A DNA stretch of 64,000 nt from Chlorokybus atmophyticus (lineage: Eukaryota > Plantae > Mesostigma and Chlorokybus algae). The DNA lies in the NCBI GenBank assembly GCA_009103225.1, contig RHPI01003533.1:62001-126000 (forward strand), in the 5' to 3' direction. Below the pieces are notes generated by a model that was given only the letters and a program-made list of their open reading frames with translations, searched no databases and was not told the DNA's origin. Shown one piece after another: positions 49,051 to 60,723 of this stretch; positions within the stretch are counted from its first letter, which is position 1, and each line of letters begins with the position of its first letter. The position numbers and the translations under genes are program-made.

Positions 49051-49571
49051 TGTCACAGCCCATTCGACCACGAAAGACTTGGTGCTTTTATGGTCAATTA
49101 GTGGTAATACAATGTACCTTCCCGTTACATTCCCCCCCACTTAAGAACGCTGACGTCCTCGGCAGCTGGCTCCCATCAGCTTGGGAATCATCCCAGGGGT
49201 CTGATTAGATCGGTCACCGGCCCAACCGCTCAAGGACCGGCTAATTTAGGCCCATACCGGTCAACGCGCGCATAGCGCACCGCTGCCGGCCCTTCAGGTC
49301 GCATCGCGACATGCAGGTCGCGCCCTGCCGCGCCGACTGAATGCCGGCACGACTGTCATTATGCAAGTCGCAACCCATCGATAATGGCACTTATGAAATG
49401 ACTATTTACGGTGTCACTGGATTGAGAAACAACGATCACGGAATTCGTGTGCAAGGCAGGAATCAAACCCGGGTCTCCAGCTCCAATGGCCAATGTCACA
49501 GCCCATTCGACCACAAAAGACTTGGTGCTTGTAAGGTCGATTTGTGGTAATCATTGTACCTTCCCGTTACA
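49051..49571 (-). mobile_element. Complete TRIM (terminal-repeat retrotransposon in miniature), 521 bp
   Basis: LTRs 49051-49129 and 49494-49571 (TGT..ACA, about 6 substitutions + 1 indel); TSD TATCC at 49046-49050 and 49572-49576; PBS-like TGGCCATTGGAGC after the 5' LTR; PPT GGGGGGG before the 3' LTR; no ORF. Confidence 0.92.
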
Positions 49572-49894
49572 TATCCCTAATAGTGGTAATGGTCGTTTGC
49601 ACATTGGCTGTGTGTAGCAAGTGCTCATGCATGCATTCTGATAGACATGTTGAACGTTTGCATGCGCATAAAATAGTCTTTTTGCCTTCCGTACATGCTA
49701 CACATTGTATATTGGCCAAATCATATACGAGTTGATGGACTCGCTATGTAATATGATGTGTGCAAACCGTACGTTCATTACATGTATTTTGTGATCATAA
49801 ATTTGCATGATATGAATTATACTTCCACGCGCATAAGATAGAGCAAAGAGGCCACAAAACAATGGCAACAAGCATGCGTTGGGCTCACATATAA

Positions 49895-50007
49895 TGTGAC
49901 GGCAGCAATAATAATACGGTCATTATTGCTACTAAAATAACAAATCTTGTATTATAAGTATGTTCTACTTATTTATACCTCTTTCCAACGGTTCCTCGCT
50001 TATTATA
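49895..50007 (+). mobile_element. Truncated family-A LTR 5' end, opposite orientation to 51795-52322
   Basis: tgtgacggcagcaataataata...cttatttatacctctttccaacggttcctcgctt matches the reverse complement of about 52205-52322. Confidence 0.75.
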
Positions 50008-50082
50008 GTCAGCTGCAACAGCCACCTACAGGTCGTTGTCGACAACCACTAGCAGGTCAGCTGCAACAGCCACAGGTCGATT

Positions 50083-51260
50083 TTGACAACCATTAACAGA
50101 TCAGCTGCGGTGGTCACCCACAACTCTGACCAGTACTCTTTTATCCCATACGACGAGTCTCAGGAAGATGCCACTGACTGGCTCACTTCACTGTCCCCTC
50201 TCTACAAGAACCAAGCTGCGGTCCTGGAGCAATACCAGGTGGCCACTGGAGTAGTGGAGTTTCACGTATTCCGTCGACAACAAGGCATCACCGTGTTGGA
50301 ACTATTTGGAGTAATAGGTAGTGGCCTCGCCGCTGTCCTCAGCACCGGCGCGACGGTCACCAAGTACTTCTACTGTGACCCTGGTCCACACGCACAGATT
50401 GCTCTGGGCCACCACTTGCGCCACTTACACAAATGCTACCCGCAGCGACTGCCGCTATCGGCACTGCAAGGCAGTCTGAAGGCACTGCCACAGGACATCC
50501 GTTTAATCACTGAGGATCACCTCCTGGCGGTGGGCAACATCGACCTGCTAATAGCAGAATGGGAGTGTTAAGGACACTCCAGAGCAGGCAGAGGCCAAGG
50601 ACTCGCTGATTCTCGCTCGCGACTGTTCTGGGAACTGATGCGTATCATAAAAATCCTGCAGAGCAACAAGCTGTCCAGGCCTCCAGGATACATCATCGAG
50701 AATGTGCACTCCGAATACGATAAGCGCCATCACGTAGCCAACAGCTTTTTACAAGTGTGTTCTTTACTGGGACACCCTCTAAAAATCAATGCAGCGCGTC
50801 ATGGCTCCCGTGCTCATCGCGTCCGCGCCAAGTGGACCAACCTGGCTTCAGTCGAGGATCTCTTTGCTGCTGGATATCTGCACAGCAGTCGTGCACGCAA
50901 TCTCACCGTCGACGCTATCCTGGACCCTGGGCGCACAGCACAACCAGTCACCCGACACAATTACCAGCACTTCTACCAATGCAACCAGTTTGGTCAATCA
51001 CGTCGTGCGCTCCCCACTCTGGTGTCTTACCCAGGATCATACGCCTTCCGCAACCACGGCGCAGGCATGGTGTTGGATTCCAACACCGGCCAACTGGAGG
51101 AACCCAACGCACGTGAGCGCGAACGCGCCATGGGATTCCCTTCAGGCAGTATCACAGGCTCCACGCTGACCGATCGTCAGCAATGTCAGCTGTGGGACGC
51201 GCCATGGACCAGAACAGCATGGTATGGTTATTAATATGCTTTGCTCTTCAGGACCGCCAT
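50083..51260 (+). pseudogene. Retrotransposon-encoded C5-cytosine DNA methyltransferase domain (one stop, one frameshift)
   Basis: Motif I VLELFGVIGSG; motif IV IDLLIAEWEC*GHSRAG (catalytic Cys kept, next codon TAA at 50569); DSRSRLFWE; motif VI YIIENV; motif VIII GSRAHRVRAKWTN; PTLVSY; motif IX ERERAMGFP; motif X (frameshifted) GRAMDQNSMVWL. Confidence 0.92.
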
Positions 51261-51794
51261 GTGTCCTTCCAGGAGCTCGAACACCTGGCGGGGGGGTGGG
51301 CCGATCGCGTGCTAGAGACAAAAGCGGCACACACCGCCCTCGACATCGCCCATATGGAGGAGCAGGCAGCAGTTAGTGTGAAGAACATCCTAGTAGTCGC
51401 CAACGCTACCTCTTGGTCTCATGCCATTGGACCACTGGCTACAGGCCAGACGCGAGAACAACTTAAGGCTCTCCTCAACAAGTGGAAGAGTTAGTTCAGC
51501 GTGAAGGAACTGGGCGTTTGCTCAGTTTACCAGATGGACATCGAGTTGGTGGACACCGACCCGGTGTTTCGAAAACAGTACTGGCTCTCCAAGTTGGAAG
51601 AAGACTTGGTGGAGTAGAGGTGCAAGGCTCTGCTAGATGCAGGCCTGATTGAGGAGTTCACATCGGACTTTGCGGCCGCGACCGCCATGCCCCTGAAGAA
51701 GGAATCAGCAGGCGATTGGACAGACCGGCGTATGTGCGGCGACTATCGCCCCCTCAACAACAAAACAAGACAGGTATTCAATGCCTACTGCAGA
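51261..51794 (+). pseudogene. Ty3/Gypsy reverse transcriptase N-terminus continuing from the DNMT domain, cut by LTR insertion
   Basis: LLNKWKS*FSVKELG..MDIELVDTDPVFRKQYWLSKLEEDLVE*RCKALLDAGLIE..FAAATAMPLKK..WTDRRMCGDYRPLNNKT, then frameshifted DRYSMPTA; abuts LTR TGTAA at 51795. Confidence 0.9.
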
Positions 51795-54545
51795 TGTAAT
51801 AGCACCACCGTCGCCGGCGATGCCCCTTCAATCCTCCACCCCAACACCCACACCGCCTATGACAAGCCTTTCGGTGGCGTGGCCGCCACTAAGCAAGAAA
51901 CTGAAATTGATGTCACATCAGTTTGATGTGACCTTTGATATCAAGAGTATATCAAAGGTATACCTCTCGATAATTAACTCACAACTAGACATCGACTCTA
52001 CAGATAGGGTAGTTGGGAAATCTAGCGTGAGTCAATCACAGCTTAGATAGAATACCTATCAATAAGGTACCTATCAAAAGACACCTATCGTAAGGTACTT
52101 AACGAGATAGTGATCACATTTTGTCAAATGTGACACTAAATAGGCTTGCATAAGCGGTTCTACACCCATTGGGACTTATTTAAGCTATGATAAAGCATCA
52201 TAGCCTTTAACAAGCGAGGAACCGTACAAAAGAGGTATAAATAAGCATATTCAGGTTGTTATTCGTACATAATGTGTTATATAGGTAGCAATGATACCCC
52301 TATTATTATTGCTCCTGTTACATTCCCCCCCACTTAGGTTTTCAACGTCCTCGTTGAACTCAAGTTGATCAGGCTTGATTTCGAGAAATGTAACCAGTGA
52401 GATAGCAGGAAATGACAGGGTGGTAATGAAACTGCATTGCCAGTTTGTCATAAAACCAAGCCCACAGTTTACGGGACAGGACGTGAATCCCAATAAGCTC
52501 GAAGCAACTCGCGGTACTGCGTAAGATGCCTGTCGGGCTCCCAACTGTTATATTTTGGGCCATACCTTTTCCATTTCACCAAATAGCAAGTTGCGCGTCC
52601 TCGACTATTTAGCTTGTGGTTCAATATAGCTTCCACCTCGTATTCGAGCTCGCTGTCCACCTCAACTGGCGGTGGTGGAGGCTGTGTTCTACCGTCTGAG
52701 CGGTAAGGTTTCAACAAGTTCACATGGAACACGTTGTGTATACGCGCACTTGGGGGCAATTGCAGTCGATAAGCGTGCGTACCAACTCTATCAGTGATAG
52801 AGAAAGGACCAAACCATCGGGGCAGCAATTTACGAGCACCCGTACCTTTGATGGTTATGTTCTTTGCGTTAAGCAAAACTTTATCACCGACATCGAAAGT
52901 GGCCATTCCTCGATGTGTATCAGCATAAGCGTTTTGCCTGTCCTGTGCTTCTGACAGACATAGCTTGGCTCGAGCCAAACTTTCTTGCATATCAGTAGCA
53001 AATTCCTTTGCCGCTGGTACAGTAAGGGCATTGCGAGGTACACGCAATAGCGCTGGTGTGTTCGGGCGAATCCCATAAATTAAGAAATATGGGGTTTCCT
53101 TCACACTTTCCTGCCACGCGTTGTTCACAGCGAACTCTGCCATTGGCAAGTACCTGTCCCAATCAACATGGTTAGGAGCCATATAGTGGCGAAGCATTTC
53201 TTCCAGTATTCGATTTGCTCGCTCAGTTAGTCCGTCCGTTTGCGGATGGAAAGCCGTCGACATGCTTTGTTTTACCCCCAACAACTCACAGCCTTCTCTC
53301 TAAAACTTGGAGACAAAGCGAGGATCACAATCGATGATAAGCTCACGCGGTACACCATGAACTCGAAAGACCGTGAACACAAATAAGTGTGCTAAGTCCC
53401 GTGCACTCACAGTCGTGCAACACGGGGCAAAATGCACCATTTTAGTCAAACGGTTGACAAAAACCACAATAGCAGTGTATTTGGCTGCTGTTTCAGGTAG
53501 GTCAGAAAATAAATCCTTACTGATACTATCCCACGTTTGTTCCAAAATTACTAATGGTTTAAGCAATCCCGCTTGTTTTTGTTGTAGTGGCTTATTACGT
53601 TGACACACGTCACATGTGTGAACATATTGATCCACATCAGCTGACATTGACGGCCACCAGTATAACTGTTGCGCAGCTTTGAGTGTTTTGTATTTCCCCA
53701 AATGCTCAGCATACGGCGGGTCATGCACTGAATGTAAGCAATGCTTACGCAAGTCGCCCGAGTTGGGAATTGCCAACTGCTCCCCTTTATACCACAGATT
53801 ACTAACAGCAGCAAGCTGTTGCAAGTTGGTTTGATTGCTAAACCAATCATCTGAGTTATAACCGATAGACACTTCCGTTACGAAAGGATCTTCAGGCTGT
53901 TGCACATTACGCATACTTCGAGAGCGCGTAAGCGCCAAAAGAGCAAGGCTATGACTTAGTGGATCCGCCACATGGTGCGACCCGGACGGTATTGCCAAGT
54001 GAAAGTAAAACGAGAAATGAGTTCATTCCACCTAGCTTGCCGCCTCGACTGGTTCTGTTGCGTATGAAAGAATGTGAGCGGGTTGTGATCCGTAATCATT
54101 AAAAACTCCACACCTTTCAAGTAGCAACGCCATGTGCGCAGCGCGTGCACCACCCCGAGCAATTCCTGCTCAGTGGTTGGGTGTAATAACGGTTAGTAGG
54201 AATGAACTTTTTGCTTTCATATGCACATGGTCTGTCATCCTGTAGAAGGACTGCCCCACACCCAATGGTGGAAGCATCACTGATCACCACAAAAGGCTTG
54301 GTGTGGTTGGGGAAGGCAAACACAGGGGCTTGTGTTAATGCAATTTTAATGCGTGTAAAAGCAACCTCGTGTGCCTCTGTCCACACAAATTTAACATCCT
54401 TTCTCAGTAAAGATGTTAAGGGATTTGCCATGCTAGAATATGCTCGCATGAACTTGCGGAAATAATTGGCTAGCCCCGAAAAAGCACATAACTGATGTAC
54501 ATCCTTGGGTGGTGGCCAATCCTTCACCGCACACACCTTTTGAGC
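51795..54545 (-). mobile_element. 5'-truncated chromovirus (family A): RT thumb/RNase H, integrase, chromodomain, PPT, 3' LTR 51795-52322
   Basis: VKDWPPPKDVHQLCAFSGLANYFRKF, DASTIGCGAVLLQ, TDHNPL, HDPPYAEHLG..CDVCQRNK (IN zinc finger), STAFHPQTDGLTERANRILEEMLRHY, chromodomain EYEVEAILNHK..YLVKWKRYGPKYNSWEP; PPT 52325-52331. Confidence 0.93.
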
Positions 54546-55555
54546 TTAAAATTGCGGCGGTTGAACAGTTACAAAGCTGTTTTACAGCTTAAACAGCGTC
54601 TCTTCTGCTCCAGCACCGTCCAACACCATCGGTTTGAGATTTTGCAAGCTTTTGCCGCGGGTTTTGCAGCAGAAGTTAAGCCGCCAAATGGTCTGGGTGC
54701 CTGAGCTTACGGACATAAACTAAACCCTAGCCGTTGTGGTGCTCCGCAAGTTTGTAAGCCAGTGATGGCATAGATGGTAAATTGACATTGTTGGTGCTGG
54801 GTTTAGTTTATGTCTTCTGGAGCAGGCCTTGCCAGTATAGGCACACATGGAGCTTGTGCCGTTGCTGGCAATCATGGGTCAAACTTACATAGCTTATTTT
54901 GATGCTGACAAGCATGCACAAAGACCACCACCGGAGCTGCAAGTGCTTAAGCCAGTGCTGGTTCTTTAGATCTAGGAGGTTTGCAAGAAGGTAATGACGG
55001 TATGGGCACGTATGTAGCTTGTGACATTGTTGGCAAAAGCGGTTTGCAACCATTGCTGAATTTGGACCCGGTTTATTGATGCTGGCACACATGGTCTAAC
55101 ACCAGCACTGAAGTCGCAAGTGCTGGTTTTTCCGTGTCTTGAGTGCCTACCAGCAGGTCATGCCAGTATGCACGCTTGTAGCTTTAGCCCTTGCTGGCAT
55201 ACATAATTTGCAACCGGTGGTGATAGTGAGTAGGGTTTCTCATTGCTCAAATAATTCCAGCGCCGGTGTACAAATGGCTTAAGCCAATGCTGGATTTGGT
55301 TGATGTGCCAGTGCATTTGTGCCATTATAGGTTGTTAATTACTCGACCAATAATAGCACAGTTTGTGCCAGTACCGGCACAAGTTTTATTTTAAGTTGCC
55401 AATACTGGCGTAAAAGATTTTTGCCAGTATTAGCCCGACTTTGTGCCAGGACTGGCACGGGGCGCTCGACCCATGTGTGTGCATGCGTATTCAATTGTGA
55501 GCATACGAGCATGCGCGTTTTGTGTGCGTAAATGTACAAGCACGTGTAGTGTGCA
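54546..55555. repeat. Unclassified non-coding repeat with many dispersed TGCCAGT/ACTGGCA motifs (possible DNA-transposon subterminal region)
   Basis: gccagt/ctggca recurs many times in both orientations, densest at 55300-55460; no convincing ORF. Confidence 0.35.
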
Positions 55556-58500
55556 TTTGCTGTAAGGAGAGGGGGTGCTCCCTGCTCCCTTTAATCCCCT
55601 ACCCCAACACCACCACCAGCCACGTTGCCCACGCCGCCGCCGCCGCCAGGGGCAACTGCCGAAGCAGAAGATCCCCTGGCTATGGCGGTCGCCGCATTAG
55701 CAGCGCCGCCATGCGGCTAATATCGACATGAGACTTATGTCTCATGTCGATAACAGTGTTACAGATAAGTAACACTGCATTAGGGCCTTAACATAGGTTA
55801 ACGGCCCTAATATGGCTTAATAGGCTGTATAATCCCGTTGGGACCCTTATCAAATCCTAAATAAGGGCGGGGAACCTCTATGGAGGTAGCAAATCGTTAC
55901 ATTCCCCCCCACTTAGGTCTAAATGTCCTCATTGAAGGGTTAGCAAAGCCCCACCACGAGTAAAGAAACGAAAGTAGTAAGAGAATCAGGGCTGAAGCGG
56001 TAAGTAGTAAGAGAATCAGGGCCGAAGCGGTAAAGATGTCTGCCAGCACCCTTTTACCGTCCGCGTGTGGACACAGTACTCCAGAACCCCCGAAGAATTT
56101 CCTGGCAATTGGTAAGATTCCTTTCGGGCTCCCATGTATTGTGTTCAACACCATTACCCTTATTATTTTACCAAGTAAGACGGTGCGCGTCCGCGTCGAG
56201 GCTTACGATGACTCAGGATTGCTTTCGCCTTATACTCGAAAGTATCGTCGCCATCCACTGCAACGGGGGGTGTAGGAGGTTAAACCCGACCGTCAGAACG
56301 GTACGGTTTCAGTACACTCACATGAAACACATTGTGAATGCGTATCAATTTTGTCAAGTCCAAACGATACGCGTGAGTGCCGACCGATCAATCACTTCAA
56401 AAGGGCCTATCCAGCGAGGGAAATACTTGCGGGTACCCATTCCCTTGATGGTTATGTTTTTGGTGCCGAGAAGCACCGAACAGCCCACATCCTAATTGGC
56501 CTCTCTACGATGCGCAGCAGCATGGGCTTTTTTTCTGTCTTGCGCTGCGCGCAGACAGTCCTTTGCCAACGCTAATCTATCCTGCATGGTCGAAGCCATC
56601 TCGCGCGCTGCAGGTACGCGAGTTACGTCGGTAGCGGACAACTTAATGTTTGCAGGACTCAGTGGATGCACTCCATAATTCAAGAAGAACGGGGTTTCCT
56701 GCACACTCTCTTGCCATGCATTGTTAATCGCGAACTCAGCCATTGGGAGATAAACATCCCAATCAGATTGGTTCGGATTCACATAATGCCCGATGGTTTC
56801 CTCAATCACTTGATTGGCGCGTCCTGTCTGATCATCCGTCTGTAACTGGTAAGCTGTGCTCATGTTCTGCTGAATATGTAAGAAGCCGCATAGCGACTTC
56901 AAGAACTGAGCTACAAATCACGGATTGCGATCAGACACGAAGTTACGAGGCAAGCCATATATTAAACACAGAGGCGACAAAAACCATCGCTAACTCACGG
57001 GAGCCTATTCCGCGCGGCAAGGGACAATGTGAACCATTTTTGTTAAACGGTCCACAAAAACTGCAACCGCAGTGTGCCCTAATGCTGTCTCCGGGAGCTC
57101 AGTAATTAGGTCCATACTTACACTTTCCCAATTGCCATTAAGAACAGGCAAAGGTCGTAGCAACCCAGCGGGATTCTGACGTAAGGGCTTGTCACGCTGA
57201 CATATGTCACACGTGTAAACATAATGCTTCACGTCAACAGGCAACGATGGCCACCAGTACAACTGTTGCGCTGCCTGAGTAGTCTTGCGACCCCCAAAGT
57301 GCCCAGCATACGGTGGATCGTGTACTTCAGCTATGCATTTTATGCGCAACCCAGCATGGTCAGGTATCACCAAGCTGGCGCTCATATACTACAAGTTGTC
57401 TCTTTTGTCAAGCTTTTGTACATTCTCTTGTATAGAACCATGGGTCTAATGCATACCCATATAACACAGCTTGCACAAACTCATCATCAGCAGGCAATGT
57501 ACCCTGCGTTGCAAGCAATTGCACACGCATAACTGCCAACAATGACGGACAGCGACTCAGAGGATCTGCCACGTTGGTTCTGCCCGGCCGGTATACCCAT
57601 TCAAAGGTACACCGCGACAAGAACTCATTCTAGCGAGCTTGCCTACGCAACAAGTTTAGCTGTGTTGGAAAGTACACCAACGGGTTGTAATCAGTCACCA
57701 CTGTGAACTGAACTCCCTCCAAGTAACATCGCCATGTTTCAAGAGCATGCGCTATACCAAGCAATACTTGCTCAGTGGTAGTGTAGTTCACCTCTGCTGG
57801 GATGAAATTCCTACTCTGATAAGCACATGGTCGGCCATCCTGTAGCAATACTGCACCACACCCAAGGGTGGAGGCATCGCTAATCACAGTGAAGTGTTAT
57901 CCCAATTTTGCAATGCCAATACTGGTGCCGAAGTCAAAGCCAGCTTCACTTGTTGCATAGCAGCTTCTTGTGCTGCTGTCCAAGAGAATGGGGCATCCTT
58001 TCGCAACAGTTTTGTCAAAGGCACTACAACTGGAGAGTACCCCATCATCAACTTGCGAAAGTAGTTTGCCAACCCCAAGAATGATTGCAACTCATGGATA
58101 TTCTTAGGTTGAGGCCAATCTTTTACCTTGCACTTTGCAAGGGTCAGGTTTGACACCCGCACCACTCACAATATGCCGTAAAAATGGCAACTCTATCTTG
58201 CAAAAGTCACACTTTGACAAGTTGGCAAACAAGCGATGTATACGCAGCAAGGCGAATACCGCTTCCAAGTGCTGCTTATGCTCTTCCTTGGTTTTACTCT
58301 TGACAATGATGTCATCTCAGTAAACCATAACATACTTGCCAAGTATGCCACCAAAAATCTTATTCATTTCCTTTTGAAACACTGTGGGCGCGTTAATTAA
58401 TCCAAAAGGTAACACTTTGTATTGATAATGGCCCGAAGGTGTTCTGAATGCTGTCTTGTAAACATCAGAAGGATGAATCCGGATTTAATGATACCCACTT

Positions 58501-60723
58501 GTCAAGTCCAACATACTAAAGTACGCATTTCCCGACAGTTTATCAAACACATCATTAATCCGGGGCAACGGGTATCGATTCTGTACCGTGATTTTATTCA
58601 AAGCACGGTAATCCACACACATGCGCAGGTTTCCATTCTTTTTCATCACAAACAAGATGGGCGCGCCAAAGGGTGAAGAACTCGGATCAATGAATCCCTT
58701 TTCCAATAACTCTTTGATTTGAGTTTCCATTTCCCCCCTCTCTCGGGGGCTCAGCCTATACACAGGCCGAAATAGAGGCTCACTATCAGGGAGTAATGGT
58801 ATTGTGTGTCCAACACCTGGATCAGGGGGTAAACCTGGCAACTCATTTGAGAATATGTCTAATATTTCTCAATGATGTCTGCAACACCTTCCGTACTGCC
58901 TGGCATAAAGTCATCAGACAATGTTAAGTGCACAAGGAAAGCCGGTGTGTTTTTACGCAATGCACGCTTCACTTGCAGTGCAGTGAGAAGCGCGGGGTTA
59001 AATTGCTTATGTACCAAGCTATGAGACCCTCTCACAGACAGCGTCACTCGCTTACGACCCTTTTTAACCGTGCACAATCGTGCACTAGTATCTAAAGTCA
59101 TATTGACATTTTCCTGCCATTCCTGTCCGAGTACCACATCAACACCAGTTATGTTGATGGACACCATTATGAAGGTGAGGTTGGCATAATAGCTACCAAT
59201 CTTTACCTTCATTTTAACTTCTCCTATCACTGGCAACGCATCCCCCGCACCGGCAGCTGAACATGCAGAGGGTTTACACGCTATCTTGTTGCGCACAACC
59301 CATTGTTCCTCAACGAAATTGTGTGTTGCACCAGTGTCAAAAGAACGAACTGTTTACACCTTGCATTGTGCCACTAAATGTTCACAACAGAGGTACTACC
59401 CGTCCTTGAGATGTAGCCAAGAGTCCGTGACTAATGCGAGGGTTGAGTAAAATCGCTGACAATCGCACTGTCCCTGTTTCACGCTTGCTAAGCTGCTTCA
59501 ACACAGTTCCCCCTCGAGTTAACCATGGGCCATGATATTTAGGCACCATCACTACCACACTTCAGGTTCTGTGCTTACCTTGCAACTCAGTCAAAGTGTG
59601 CAACACATCGGTAAGCATGTTAAACTTTACATGTACTAACACACAAGCATTCTCTTCCACCTTTTCAACATCAAAAAGTGGCAACTTGCTATGTGCTTGC
59701 CATGCGTGTGTCATTACATGCACTTGGAACAGCTCATCAAACCAGTTTGCTACTAGTACAAGCAACTAGTTATCAACCACTTCTACATCTACCACTTTTA
59801 CATCAGCCACGGCGTAATCCTATTCAACCTTCTTGGCTTTGCCCTTCCCCTTTGTTGGGCAGTTCTTTGCGATGTGGCCAGGCTGACTACAGACGTAACA
59901 GGTGCGAGCCGCAGCAGGCATGGCACCATCAGCAGGTGCGCCACTGGTAGAAGCACCAAATGTCTTCGCCTTCTTTGCCAGGTGTGCCCTCGGATGAGAG
60001 AAACGCTTTCCTCCCACCCCCAGCGGCTTGGCCGAAACTGCCACATGTGACTTGTCCTGCACCGCCGTGTCATCATTGTACAGGTACACGCTCAGCTTCT
60101 GCAGCTTGGCCAAGTCCTTTGGAACTCAAGGAAGTCCCGTTGCCGTGTTGTACTGCAGCTGATCACGCACACGCGCATCCAAGCCGCGCTTGTACAACTC
60201 AAACTGCTCGGCCTTGTCCATGGGCATGAGGCCGTTGTTTGCACGACCGACCAATGCCTGAGACTCCTGCAGATAGGTTGAGGCCGCCCGACCATTCTGG
60301 CGCAATTTGCTGAGCTTGTAGCGAGCCTGAGTAGCCGGGTCCATGCCATCATAGCGTTCCATCAGGAACTGGAAAAGTGCCTCCACTGTCTTGGCAGCAC
60401 CATCTTTTGTCAGCCTCGCCCATTCGGCAAGTGCATCAGATGGCATGAGCAACTCAGCAATAGCAATGTGGGCGCTTGAGTGACGTCAAGTAGTACTCGA
60501 CAGTGACCACCCAGTCGCGAATGCTGACGCTGCCGTTAGGCTTGAACTTCTCAGGCTTGTTCAGCGCTGTCACCGGCAGACCTGCTGAAGTAGCACCCGC
60601 CACCAGTTGGCGCAGCGCTACCAACTAAGTCTGCATAGCATCGAGGCGTGCCGTCAACTGCACTCGGCTAGTCAACTTGTCTTCCAAGTTAGGTCCCAAG
60701 TACCAGAACACATCCTTGCAACG

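Noticed and set aside
49455-49492. Complete tRNA gene
   Set aside because: Only a T-arm-like piece is present; no acceptor, D or anticodon stems could be folded.
50008-50110. Direct repeats of about 50 bp as a CRISPR-like array
   Set aside because: Only two adjacent units with no unique spacers, in a eukaryotic retroelement; they encode a peptide repeat.
1900-55300. TTAGGG/TTTAGGG motifs as interstitial telomere or telomere-associated element
   Set aside because: They occur as one or two units near gene starts, not as arrays, which fits telo-boxes better.
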